Shown: positions 13,751-23,399 of the stretch, piece after piece
Position numbering within the stretch: the stretch's first letter is position 1
Layout: each line of letters opens with the position of its first letter
IMG/VR virus record: IMGVR_UViG_2541047928_000016
From: a virus
Taxonomy: Duplodnaviria > Heunggongvirae > Uroviricota > Caudoviricetes
DNA length: 35,398 nt
Direction: 5' to 3' (one strand)
Notes under the pieces: model-generated
The model's input: only the letters and a program-made list of their open reading frames with translations
Databases searched by the model: none
What the model was told of the DNA's origin: nothing
Translations under genes and position numbers: made by a program

Positions 13751-13984
13751 ATGTCAACGAAGAACAGAACCCGCAGAACAACAACCCGCAACATCCGCTT
13801 TCCTAACCAAATGATTGAACAAATTAACATCGCTCTTGAGCAAAAAGGGTCCGGGAATTTCTCAGCCTGGGTCATTGAAGCCTGCCGCCGGAGACTGTGC
13901 TCAGAAAAAAGAGTTTCTTCTGAAGCAAACAAAGAAAAGAGTGACATTACTGAATTGCTCAGAAAACAGGTCAGACCAGATTGA
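13751..13984 (+). CDS. Small basic protein with predicted ribbon-helix-helix (Arc/MetJ-like) fold (77 aa); possibly YnfO-like
   Basis: ORF MSTKNRTRRTTTRNIRFPNQMIEQINIALEQKGSGNFSAWVIEACRRRL...; Arg/Thr-rich N-tail then beta-strand/helix pattern typical of RHH; weak RBS. Confidence 0.55.
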   Translation: MSTKNRTRRTTTRNIRFPNQMIEQINIALEQKGSGNFSAWVIEACRRRLCSEKRVSSEANKEKSDITELLRKQVRPD

Positions 13985-14041
13985 AGCAATTTAGATAATC
14001 GTGCAGACTACGCCCCCTCATATCACATGGAAGGTTTATCT

Positions 14042-14452
14042 ATGGATCAGGTAGTCATTTTTAAACAAATATTTGATAAAGTTCGAAACGATTTAAACTA
14101 TCAATGGTTTTATTCTGAGCTAAAACGTCACAATGTCTCACATTACATTTACTATTTAGCCACAGAGAATGTTCATATTGTATTAAAAAATGATAATACA
14201 GTGTTATTAAAGGGCCTAAAAAACATTGTGTCTGTCAAATTTTCAAAGGATAGGCATCTTATAGAAACGACCTCTAATAAGCTGAAATCCAGAGAGATCA
14301 CATTTCAGGAATACAGAAGAAACCTTGCTAAAGCAGGAGTTTTTCGGTGGGTTACAAATATCCACGAACAAAAAAGATATTACTATACCTTTGATAATTC
14401 ATTACTATTTACTGAAAGCATCCAGAAAACTACACAGATCTTACCACTCTAA
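14042..14452 (+). CDS. ydfO: YdfO-like protein (DUF1398 family), 136 aa
   Basis: Start placed at second ATG (14042) with AAGG 7 nt upstream; translation [52 protein letters not shown]... as I recall Qin YdfO. Confidence 0.7.
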
Positions 14453-14603
14453 ACCATAACGTCCGGCTTCTCTCACTCCTGAGCCGGACTGCATTGGTTT
14501 AATAAAAACCATCAACAATTGTGATTTAGATATTCGGAACCATTCAAATATAACAAAACCCCGTAAAAACGAGGTTTATGGATAAATTTTATTATTGAAT
14601 ACA

Positions 14604-14777
14604 TCAGATTAAATTAATCTTGACATCATAGCTTTCAAGACCCGTCATTTTTTCCCGTGCGGTAAACTGAATACTGGTAACTTCTTTCCCGGTCTTTTTC
14701 TTAAGTTCAATAATTTTTTTTGTTATATATTCAGAAATATCTGCTTCTGCTTTTGTTTTTAAGTTTTCAATATTCAT
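14604..14777 (-). CDS. gnsB: GnsA/GnsB-family small protein (57 aa); below the ORF-track size cutoff
   Basis: Manual translation of minus strand: MNIENLKTKAEADISEYITKKIIELKKKTGKEVTSIQFTAREKMTGLESYDVKINLI, stop TGA at 14604-14606; tandem ATG-ATG start. Confidence 0.75.
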   Translation of the reverse strand: MNIENLKTKAEADISEYITKKIIELKKKTGKEVTSIQFTAREKMTGLESYDVKINLI

Positions 14778-14948
14778 CATTTCCTCTTTTAGTCTGTTAT
14801 GACTTTCCAGTTACACAGTAAGTCGATTATATGGTGCAAACGTGTAAAAGATAAGATGAAACATCGCAATAATCAACATACGATAGTCTAAATTTTACAT
14901 AAACAGACAAAGAGAATTTTCCTGAATTATCAATGCAATAGCATCAAA

Positions 14949-15179
14949 TCAACTCAAGAGCCTTATTGCTGCTTCCAGAATTTCTTCTGAAGTAACATGT
15001 CGATCCGCGGCTACATAAATGACTTTATGATCTCCGGTCAGAGATGGAAACCCTGCGGCCATTACAGTAAGGTGTGTTTTTTCGCCATTTGGATATTCAC
15101 GCATGATGGTGTTAACTCCAGTCATCGCTGGCACTACCACTGCTGGTTCAGAGTTAAAAAAAACTATGATTTTTTTCAT
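14949..15179 (-). CDS. Small hypothetical protein (76 aa from internal ATG; MKKIIVFFNSEPAVVVPAMTGVNTIMREYPNGEKTHLTVMAAG...)
   Basis: ORF-track 90-aa frame; start moved to ATG at 15177-15179; no strong RBS; located between gnsB and cspI as ynfN is in Qin, but identity not verified. Confidence 0.45.
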   Translation of the reverse strand: MKKIIVFFNSEPAVVVPAMTGVNTIMREYPNGEKTHLTVMAAGFPSLTGDHKVIYVAADRHVTSEEILEAAIRLLS

Positions 15180-15450
15180 GATGTTACCGTAGTATGTGAG
15201 TATCCATCGAATAGACACCAAGCAAAAAAGCTCCCGAAGGAGCCTTCATTTTCACTTTTTTAAATCCAACGACAGACGGCTGGCATTTAAGTATTGTGAA
15301 ATATTATCAAATGTAATCATCATTGATTTACAAAAGATACATTTTGCCCCGAAAGGATTCATGTCAGAAACATCAAAAGATGATGTTCTATACTGGGAAC
15401 CATGACAACACGGGCATCTAAAGTGAATATGGTTTGTAATATTGTCTACC

Positions 15451-15663
15451 TCAAAGCGCCACTACATGAACAGCGGCAGGACCTTTAGGTCCGTTCTCAA
15501 TACCAAATTCAACTTCCTGATTCTCAGTTAATGTTTTGAAATCGTTGCTCTGAATTGCTGAGAAATGGACAAACACATCTTTGCTGCCATCTTTCGGCGT
15601 GATGAAACCAAAACCTTTTTCAGGGTTAAACCATTTCACTAAACCAGTCATTTTGTTAGACAT
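15451..15663 (-). CDS. cspI: Cold shock protein, CspA family (70 aa), CspI-like
   Basis: [70 protein letters not shown]; RNP1 motif KGFGFI and RNP2 VFVHF. Confidence 0.9.
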   Translation of the reverse strand: MSNKMTGLVKWFNPEKGFGFITPKDGSKDVFVHFSAIQSNDFKTLTENQEVEFGIENGPKGPAAVHVVAL

Positions 15664-16024
15664 AATTATTACCTTTTGAAGAAATTAGCCCTTGGGCAGA
15701 ATGGTCCGAAAAAAATATCAGAGAGAAAAACCAACAAGGAAATCTCAAGAGGTACAAATAATAAAATTATAACAATGACTGCTTCAGATAAATTTGTAAC
15801 AAACCAGAACACCATTAACGCATGATTAACCACCCATAGCAAGGATTACTTTTGTAAAGAAAAACACAGCAATGAAAGAATAGCTTTATTTATTAATAAA
15901 ACGTGTCATTCTGATTAAGACCTTTTATCTTACCCTTAAGATTTCAGGAATTTTGGCTCATGGAAGAGTCCTTTTTATTTAAATTTTACATTCCGCGATG
16001 TAAATGTTCCGATTTAATATTACC

Positions 16025-17048
<1,024 letters not shown>

Positions 17049-17052
<4 letters not shown>

Positions 17053-17360
17053 AGATATTTATGATGAGGACGCTCGTGCTTATTGGCAGGATTTTCAATC
17101 TTAAAGGAGTACTGATGCTGCAGATAAGACTCAACTTTTTCTGACAATTTTTCTGCTACTTCCAGGAAGACTTGCCGGACGCTCCTTCTGGCTGCTGCCT
17201 CATAAAACTCCAGCGCAGCTCCTTCAACACGGTCCATGGCGACATCCAGGTCAAAAATTTCACCGTCAAAGCGTTCTTTGTCCTGTAAGGCTACAGTTAC
17301 CGTAACTTTATTCTCAAAATTACGGACTCCTTTCACAACCAGTTCATAGTCTTGAGTCAT
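17049..17360 (-). CDS. ydfR: YdfR-like protein (DUF1327-type), 103 aa, between holin and endolysin
   Basis: 103-aa ORF MTQDYELVVKGVRNFENKVTVTVALQDKERFDGEIFDLDVAMDRVEGAALEFYEAAARRSVRQ...; position equivalent to ydfR in Qin. Confidence 0.65.
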
Positions 17361-17364
17361 TGGA

Positions 17365-17580
17365 TTACTCTCCTCTCGCAGCCTTACGCCTGTCTTCTTT
17401 AATCTTGAAATAAAGATTTGTCAGATACGTCAGCAGGCCAAAAACCAGGCTACCCAGCACACCGATTGCAGCCCACTGTGACGGAGTTACTTTATCGAGT
17501 AACTGCAATGCCCAGAAACCAGCATTACCCGCCGATGTGCCATAGGCAACACCTGTTGTTAACTTATCCATTGATTTCAT
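17365..17580 (-). CDS. Class II pinholin (phage 21 S-type) with dual-start motif MKSM (71/68 aa)
   Basis: From ATG 17578-17580: [71 protein letters not shown]; two TM segments; track ORF begins 25 codons further upstream. Confidence 0.85.
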   Translation of the reverse strand: MKSMDKLTTGVAYGTSAGNAGFWALQLLDKVTPSQWAAIGVLGSLVFGLLTYLTNLYFKIKEDRRKAARGE

Positions 17581-17799
17581 ATCCTCACCCCGATGTACAC
17601 GGATGGTGCAATATGTTTGAAAAGATCGGAGTCTACGGGGTAGTTTTGACAGCACACGTTGTTCTCAACGGCGCTAAAAAAACATACACATTAAAAATGT
17701 GGGTAATTATTTTGAAAGAAAGTCATATATAAAATAATAATACGAGAAATGTTTTCATATTTAGTGTACTGTATACGGCCATTTATACAGGAAAAGCCT

Positions 17800-17970
17800 A
17801 TGTCAGAACGTAAAAACTCAAAATCACGCCGTAATTATCTCGTTAAATGTTCCTGCCCAAACTGCACCCAAGAGTCAGAACACAGTTTTTCAAGAGTACA
17901 AAAAGGTGCCCTTTTGATCTGCCCTCATTGCAACAAAGTATTCCAGACAAATCTTAAAGCTGTAGCCTGA
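17800..17970 (+). CDS. Small Cys-rich (zinc-ribbon-like) protein, 56 aa, antisense to the late-operon leader
   Basis: MSERKNSKSRRNYLVKCSCPNCTQESEHSFSRVQKGALLICPHCNKVFQTNLKAVA; CxCx2C ... Cx2C; AGGA 9 nt upstream of ATG 17800. Confidence 0.45.
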   Translation: MSERKNSKSRRNYLVKCSCPNCTQESEHSFSRVQKGALLICPHCNKVFQTNLKAVA

Positions 17971-18030
17971 TTGATTTTATTAGTAACAAGTATTTTTTAT
18001 ATTTTAATAATATATTTAAAGCAGATAATA

Positions 18031-18056
18031 AAAAACCCGCCTGAGCGGGTTTGAGA
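18031..18056 (-). terminator. Rho-independent terminator downstream of cspB (hairpin CCCGC-N4-GCGGG then T5 on minus strand); weaker in the plus direction
   Basis: Plus strand aaaaacccgcctgagcgggtttg. Confidence 0.5.
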
Positions 18057-18333
18057 TTGTGGTGCTTTTTGTGGGAGTCATCCACTTACGCACTTTGTTT
18101 TGCCATGCCAGCAGTTAGCTTCTGCTGTAAAACTATTCATGCAGCAAACCTGCACTTCACCACAATGGTTAGCATACTTTTCCTGATTAAGATTTTGCCA
18201 AATATGCTAGCCATTGTTTCATGTATTGGACCTCCTTACTTTTTATTAAAGAGATCCAATATTCACTACTCTGTCCGTATCTCTACTCAGGCATCAGCCT
18301 TCTTCGTTATCGTATACAGACGAGCGATGAATT

Positions 18334-18549
18334 TTAATCAGTAATGATGACATTTGCTGCTGCAGGACCTTTAGCACCACTCTCTATAGAGAAGGTAACC
18401 TTTTGACCTTCAAATAAGGTTCGATAATTATCATTCTGAATCGCAGAAAAATGCACAAACACATCTTTACTACCATCAACAGGAGAAATAAAGCCGAAAC
18501 CTTTATCAGCGTTAAACCATTTTACTAAACCAGTCATTTTATTTGACAT
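18334..18549 (-). CDS. cspB: Cold shock protein, CspA family (71 aa), CspB-like
   Basis: [71 protein letters not shown]; long upstream untranslated region (18550-18700) typical of cold-shock mRNAs. Confidence 0.9.
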   Translation of the reverse strand: MSNKMTGLVKWFNADKGFGFISPVDGSKDVFVHFSAIQNDNYRTLFEGQKVTFSIESGAKGPAAANVIITD

Positions 18550-18849
18550 TCTACATTCCTTAACTTGAGCCTTTCGGCATAAATGGTTTGCATAACAGAA
18601 ACGACTTCGTACTTAATTGGAGAGACTCAAAGAAGGAATAAGTGAATAACACCTGAAATGAGAACTGCTTTAGTAAACTACTTCGTATATCGTCTGTTCT
18701 TCAAACCGACGCAATCATTAACGCATAGTTGAACATATGAAGCAATGTTTATTTTAGACATCCAGCCATCTTCAACCCCATCAAAAAACTATAGCTTTCT
18801 TCAGGAACGTGTGTATAGTGCGCCAAGTTATCAGTATTAAGGAATTTTT

Positions 18850-19062
18850 TTGTCCCGTAAAATGACAGGAATTGTCAAAACCTTTGACGGCAAAAGCGGC
18901 AAGGGTCTTATCACCCCATCCGATGGTCGTATCGATGTCCAGCTTCATGTTTCAGCGCTCAATCTCCGCGATGCAGAAGAAATTACCACCGGATTACGCG
19001 TGGAATTTTGCCGGATAAATGGTCTGCGTGGCCCTTCAGCTGCCAATGTTTACCTTTCATGA
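18850..19062 (+). CDS. cspF: Cold shock protein family member (70 aa), CspF-like; track start is TTG, alternative ATG at 18862
   Basis: [70 protein letters not shown]; divergent from cspB. Confidence 0.8.
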
Positions 19063-19356
19063 GCTATATTAAAGCTTTAATTTCAGGCCCCATCGGATCA
19101 CACATGGAGAGTTTTTATGAATAACCCCGTCTGTCTTGATGACTGGTTGATTGGCTTTAAAAGCTTATGCTGTACTTTGGCCGTAATAGCTCTGCTAATA
19201 ATATAATAAGCAGACTCATTGTGTTTAGGGACATTGTACTGGAAGAAAACATTTTAAACATCAGGCAAATAACCAAGTCACCAGCTAAATAATAAGTTAA
19301 CAGACATGAGTCCCGGGATGAGATTCAACATTACCATTGCCCCATTTAAAGCACAA

Positions 19357-19380
19357 AACCCGCTCATCAGCGGGTTTTCT
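19357..19380 (-). terminator. Bidirectional intrinsic terminator; on the minus strand a candidate tR' about 40-55 nt downstream of the putative late promoter; on the plus strand it terminates cspF
   Basis: Plus strand aaaacccgctcatcagcgggttttct: 5-bp GC stem, A-tract upstream and T-tract downstream on both strands. Confidence 0.6.
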
Positions 19381-19423
19381 ACTTTTTCTTAACGTCGGGT
19401 ATACAAAGCCCATCGTTGAAAAA

Positions 19424-19452
19424 ATTTTATCCATATTTTTTGAAAAATGCAA
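19424..19452 (-). promoter_or_regulatory. Candidate late promoter PR' immediately downstream of Q: -35 TTGCAT, 17-nt spacer, -10 TAAAAT (minus strand)
   Basis: Reverse complement of 19424-19452 is TTGCATTTTTCAAAAAATATGGATAAAAT; sits 32 nt after the Q stop codon. Confidence 0.5.
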
Positions 19453-19483
19453 ACATCATGTCGCCATCTTCAGCAAAAATCAT

Positions 19484-20236
19484 TTATCTCGTCACCTTCC
19501 TCAATTGCGCTTCCGCGTATGCTTCTTCCTGCCAGCACTTTGTTACCAGTTTACCAATGACGTCCGCATACCCCTTATACCACTGATAATCGGTCAGGTC
19601 TGGTACCAGCTTCTGGACATGACGTCGTGCCAGCGTGGTCGGTAAACGACTAAACCGGTTTCCATTACAACGCCCACAAATCTTATATACCGGTACGCCA
19701 TGAAACCGGGTTCTTTTTTCATCCAGAACAATCCCTTTACCCTTACACCCTCTGCACGCTGTGCTGGCTTCGCCCTTACCATGGCAATGCTGACATAGTT
19801 CCTTCACCCATTCTTCCTTGATTACAGATTCCCCGCGTCTGTAGTGTTTCACCACTTCGCGCAATACATTATAAAATCCCGTACCTGAACAATGCTCACA
19901 GCGAGCCTTACTTGCCGCAGACCTGGAGTAATCAGCAAAGGCAAAACTCACGAGGTAAGGAATAATCTGTAACCGGATTTCTTCACTCAATTTGTTCAAT
20001 GTCGGGTTATCCAGTGCCATCGCGTAATTTAGCAGGCCTTCAATCGCAAACTGAGGGTCCTGAACACCAACTTTTGCCAGAAATAAGGCCAACCCAAGTG
20101 GTGCTTTCGACTGCACCATCCCCTGCGCTGCCATTACATCCGTAATTGTTAAACAACCGGTGCCTGTCGCTGGAGCGTCATCGCTCAATTTTGGAGATTT
20201 TGGGGAGTAATATTTTGGTAAGGCTTCAAGGTTCAT
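19484..20236 (-). CDS. quuQ: Late-gene antiterminator Q (phage 82/21 Q family), 250 aa
   Basis: From ATG 20234-20236: MNLEALPKYYSPKSPKLSDDAPATG...; Cys/His zinc-binding cluster (CEHCSGTG, CQHCHGKGEASTACRGCKGKG, CGRCNGN). Confidence 0.85.
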   Translation of the reverse strand: MNLEALPKYYSPKSPKLSDDAPATGTGCLTITDVMAAQGMVQSKAPLGLALFLAKVGVQDPQFAIEGLLNYAMALDNPTLNKLSEEIRLQIIPYLVSFAFADYSRSAASKARCEHCSGTGFYNVLREVVKHYRRGESVIKEEWVKELCQHCHGKGEASTACRGCKGKGIVLDEKRTRFHGVPVYKICGRCNGNRFSRLPTTLARRHVQKLVPDLTDYQWYKGYADVIGKLVTKCWQEEAYAEAQLRKVTR

Positions 20237-20249
20237 GCTCGTTCTCCAC

Positions 20250-21299
20250 TTACGCCAGTACGCCAATTGCCAGCGCGCGATCGATAAAACGAAATATCAG
20301 CTCCAGTTGGGAGCCATACTTATCTTCAAATGCCACTGTATCCGTATGCAGCTCGTTGTGATGCTTTCTGCACAAAGGCAACACAAAGAGATCATGTGCT
20401 TTTGTTCCCATTCCGCCCTGCCCGTGACCAATCAGATGATGCGGATCGTCGGCTGGCATACCGCAGCAAGCACACGGCTGTGTCTTAACCCAACGTGTGT
20501 ATTTCTCCTTAACCCAGCGGCGACGTTTAGGCAGCTTCATGAAAGATTCCGGAGACTCTGGATCAACGGTGATGCTTACCACCGTCTTTTCCTGTGGTGA
20601 TTTTTGTTGCTGGTGGGCGTAAGGCAACGGTGCAAGATTTTTTGTGCGTTGTTTCAATATGCTGGTGGCGGTCTGCTCTCCCGGTACGATGTCGCTTTCG
20701 CGGTACACCGAGCAGATTTTTTCCGCTGGTAATCCCAGCGAACGACGCGATACAGCCTCAGGTAGTGCATCCACCACCTGATTGCAGACCGCCCACCAGG
20801 ATAATTCAGCCAAAGATAATTCCCGCTCCTGCGTACCGCTTATTGCGTGACGGATGACGTCAATCACCCATGCTGTCAGATTTTGTTGAGCAAGCAGCTC
20901 CAGTGATTCCGATGTCTGGTCACGCAGTTGGTTGTCGCAGTGCCAGCACAACACCATTGCGCCGGTACCATAACGGTGAATGACTGTTTCAGTGTGATGG
21001 TAATCGCCATTAGGCCACTGGCAGGATGTAACATGACGTAATAGCCAGTCGGACAATGCGCCAACGCCGCCAGCAGCACGAATCACCCGTTCGTTACTAA
21101 AAAACGGCAGCAATGTTTTGTCTTCCGCCAGCGGCTGGCGAACGGCAGGAACGACTCCGGATGGCAGATTACGCATGCTTTTTGGTTCCGGTTCCACCAG
21201 CACTCGAGGATTATGAAATATCTGTATGGATTCACGGCCCGGCTTAAGGACCACCAGCCCAAGCTCAGGCACCAGAACAGGTCTAAGTAATACCCGCAC
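20250..21299 (-). CDS. ydfU: YdfU-like protein (DUF968 family), about 349 aa if GTG start at 21297-21299; Cys/His-rich C-terminal region
   Basis: ORF-track frame of 362 aa (GTG at 21338); C-terminal CACCGMPADDPHHLIGHGQGGMGTKAHDLFVLPLCRKHHNELH suggests a metal-binding (HNH-like) motif; start choice uncertain. Confidence 0.7.
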   Translation of the reverse strand: MRVLLRPVLVPELGLVVLKPGRESIQIFHNPRVLVEPEPKSMRNLPSGVVPAVRQPLAEDKTLLPFFSNERVIRAAGGVGALSDWLLRHVTSCQWPNGDYHHTETVIHRYGTGAMVLCWHCDNQLRDQTSESLELLAQQNLTAWVIDVIRHAISGTQERELSLAELSWWAVCNQVVDALPEAVSRRSLGLPAEKICSVYRESDIVPGEQTATSILKQRTKNLAPLPYAHQQQKSPQEKTVVSITVDPESPESFMKLPKRRRWVKEKYTRWVKTQPCACCGMPADDPHHLIGHGQGGMGTKAHDLFVLPLCRKHHNELHTDTVAFEDKYGSQLELIFRFIDRALAIGVLA

Positions 21300-21300
21300 G

Positions 21301-21579
21301 TTACCTCCAGATCCGTTGCTGGAAAGTGCGGGACGCACGTGGTGGGCGTTCGGAATAAGGCAGCCTGACAGAGATTATCCAGTGCCGATAGTCGAGACTG
21401 AGAGCTTTCTTAACCTCGAACCCGCGCCTGCGGTAAGAATGAATCAGCCATTCGGCCTGTTCTGCAGTGCATGGAGGGTGCTGGAACCATTCAGACTTGA
21501 ATGCGTGAGAATACCGCCCGTGCGTGCAGGCAAGAACGGGCGAATTATCAGAATTGTAATATTTTGCGTTGCGTGCCAT
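21301..21579 (-). CDS. Hypothetical protein (92 aa), translationally coupled to ydfU
   Basis: ATG at 21577-21579 with GGAG 8 nt upstream; MARNAKYYNSDNSPVLACTHGRYSHAFKSEWFQHPPCTAEQAEWLIHSYRRRGFEVKKALSLDYRH...; no family recognised. Confidence 0.55.
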   Translation of the reverse strand: MARNAKYYNSDNSPVLACTHGRYSHAFKSEWFQHPPCTAEQAEWLIHSYRRRGFEVKKALSLDYRHWIISVRLPYSERPPRASRTFQQRIWR

Positions 21580-21645
21580 CGGTTTTCTCCGGTGGCACGG
21601 TGTTACTCAGCGGGAGTTCAGCCCCGCGCAAGATTGTAGATGAGT

Positions 21646-21897
21646 TTATTCTCCTGAAAAAGCAGAAAAGCCAGCTTTTATTCCGATCTCTTTCAATGCC
21701 TGTAATGAAGTGACAAACTCACCTTCGCGCAAGATAAATCCGTCCGTGACCCGAGCATCCACAAAATTAATTAACGCAGCCCCATTCTTTCGCAAACACA
21801 TAATGCGGTAATGACTAACAAGATTTCCATTTTCAACGCACACAGCATAGAGGCCATCTTCACAAAAAATTTTACGCAGTTCTTCGATGTTCATCAT
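21646..21897 (-). CDS. rem: Small hypothetical protein (83 aa), Rem-like by position and size
   Basis: MMNIEELRKIFCEDGLYAVCVENGNLVSHYRIMCLRKNGAALINFVDARVTDGFILREGEFVTSLQALKEIGIKAGFSAFSGE; assignment to rem is from memory of Qin gene order, not verified. Confidence 0.55.
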   Translation of the reverse strand: MMNIEELRKIFCEDGLYAVCVENGNLVSHYRIMCLRKNGAALINFVDARVTDGFILREGEFVTSLQALKEIGIKAGFSAFSGE

Positions 21898-22113
21898 CAG
21901 AATCCTTCCGGATAATTAGCTCTCCCCTTTAAGGGACCATCCCTCTTATCCCTGCGCGCTACTTAAGTATTTTTGATTCTATTCCGGCACCGTCCAGAAC
22001 TTCAAACGCGTTGAAAATAAAAACAAAAACCAGCCGAAGCGGGTTAAGTGCGGGTGCGTTGAGGATGCCTGCCACATCAGAGGTGGCGAGGGATTTCTCC
22101 CCCGCCGGGTCTC

Positions 22114-22269
22114 TTACTCCTCAGGTTCGTAAGCTGTGAAGACAGCGACCTCCGTCTGGCCGGTTCGGATTCGTACCTCGCAGAGGTCTTTCCTCGTTAC
22201 CAGTGCCGTCACTATGACGGTTAAACAGATGACGATCAGGGCGATTAACATCGCCTTTTGCTGCTTCAT
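22114..22269 (-). CDS. hokD: Hok-family type I toxin (51 aa), HokD/RelF-like; below ORF-track cutoff
   Basis: Manual translation MKQQKAMLIALIVICLTVIVTALVTRKDLCEVRIRTGQTEVAVFTAYEPEE; single TM helix then conserved Hok periplasmic tail; 71 nt downstream of relE. Confidence 0.85.
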   Translation of the reverse strand: MKQQKAMLIALIVICLTVIVTALVTRKDLCEVRIRTGQTEVAVFTAYEPEE

Positions 22270-22340
22270 AGCCTGCTTCTCCTGTCAACGCAAAGCAGAA
22301 GTGTCACCTTCGGTGCGAAACAGAGATGTCATGCTTTGGT

Positions 22341-22628
22341 TCAGAGAATGCGTTTGACCGCCTCGCTATATACTTCCGAGCGTTCTCTTTTCCCAACAGA
22401 AATCACGAAAACGACAACTTTCTCGTCTATAACCTGGTATACAAGGCGATAGCCTGAAGACCGGAGCTTAATCTTGTAACAATCAGGCATACCACGGAGC
22501 TTGTTTGCTTCAATCCGGGGTGACTCAAGTACTTCAACCAGCTTCTTTTTCAACTGTTCACGTACCGTCGAGCCCAGCTTTCGCCATTCCTTTAGTGCCC
22601 GCTCGTCAAAATCCAGAAAATACGCCAT
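22341..22628 (-). CDS. relE: RelE mRNA interferase toxin (95 aa)
   Basis: MAYFLDFDERALKEWRKLGSTVREQLKKKLVEVLESPRIEANKLRGMPDCYKIKLRSSGYRLVYQVIDEKVVVFVISVGKRERSEVYSEAVKRIL. Confidence 0.95.
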   Translation of the reverse strand: MAYFLDFDERALKEWRKLGSTVREQLKKKLVEVLESPRIEANKLRGMPDCYKIKLRSSGYRLVYQVIDEKVVVFVISVGKRERSEVYSEAVKRIL

Positions 22629-22867
22629 CAGAGTTCATCCAGCGTCACACGTACTGGCTTAGGATTACGAAGCCGTTCTTTCACTATCTCCACAAGTTCA
22701 GCATCTTCATCACTCAGGAGTGTCTGTTTGAACGGCAAGCGTTCATTGTCAGCGATATACTCGAGCATGAGACGAAGCGCTTCAGAAGGAGTTACACCCA
22801 TTTTTTCAAGCGCGGCGTAAGAACGCGCTTTAAGTTCATCGTCAATACGCAGGTTAATGCTACCCAT
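22628..22867 (-). CDS. relB: RelB antitoxin (79 aa), RHH DNA-binding
   Basis: MGSINLRIDDELKARSYAALEKMGVTPSEALRLMLEYIADNERLPFKQTLLSDEDAELVEIVKERLRNPKPVRVTLDEL; stop overlaps relE start. Confidence 0.95.
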   Translation of the reverse strand: MGSINLRIDDELKARSYAALEKMGVTPSEALRLMLEYIADNERLPFKQTLLSDEDAELVEIVKERLRNPKPVRVTLDEL

Positions 22868-22879
22868 GTCTTACACCTC

Positions 22880-22904
22880 TTGTAATTACAAATGTCATTA
22901 CAAG
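22880..22904 (-). promoter_or_regulatory. Candidate relO operator: palindromic hexad repeats TTGTAATTACAA and TGTCATTACAAG just upstream of relB
   Basis: Seen directly in sequence 13-37 nt upstream of the relB start codon. Confidence 0.45.
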
Positions 22905-23197
22905 TATCGCACTACAACATGCTTAGGGCAAGTCACGAAGGAAGTCAGAAAGTAGTCGTAAGAACGGTGATCACTGTCCGCTTTGTGCCAGGAGCAGCCA
23001 TTGCTAAGTCCATCCTGTATTGTGCAGGTCAGCTCGTTTTTAAAGAGTCCGGCCATCATCTTACTGGTACAGACACCATATACTTTGTGACGGTCAGGCT
23101 ACATATGCACAACTCAACTTATTCATCTATTTTTTGCTTTAGCATGTCAGTGTTGCTTTCTCGTCGGCGGGTGAGCGGTGACCTGACCTGTCGATAA
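22892..23197 (+). CDS. Hypothetical ORF (101 aa), YdfV-like by position; doubtful
   Basis: ATG-initiated ORF divergent from relB but its start lies inside the relO operator and the translation is low-complexity; retained only because an ORF of this size is annotated at this position in Qin as I recall. Confidence 0.3.
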   Translation: MSLQVSHYNMLRASHEGSQKVVVRTVITVRFVPGAAIAKSILYCAGQLVFKESGHHLTGTDTIYFVTVRLHMHNSTYSSIFCFSMSVLLSRRRVSGDLTCR

Positions 23198-23349
23198 AGG
23201 AACGTAGCACGTTTTATGCAACACCCGCATGCGGCAGAAAATTATTGCCGAACGTTTACCCCTGTCAACAAGCTTTACTTTCTGAGGCGCGCCAGCCCGC
23301 GAGGAAAACAATCTGAACATCAAACAATTAATGACACAAGAAATACGAT

Positions 23350-23376
23350 TAAAGATTTTTTTGTGCATGCCGATAG
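23350..23376 (+). promoter_or_regulatory. Sigma-28 (FliA) class 3 flagellar promoter: TAAAGATT, 11-nt spacer, GCCGATAG
   Basis: Plus strand taaagatttttttgtgcatgccgatag, 24 nt upstream of flxA ATG; matches consensus TAAAGTTT-N11-GCCGATAA at 13 of 16 positions. Confidence 0.55.
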
Positions 23377-23399
23377 TGCTTTTTTAAAAGGAGAAATCT

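Noticed and set aside
22136-22357. 73-aa plus-strand ORF overlapping hokD
   Set aside because: Antisense to the conserved Hok reading frame; the Hok frame gives a canonical family sequence whereas this frame does not.
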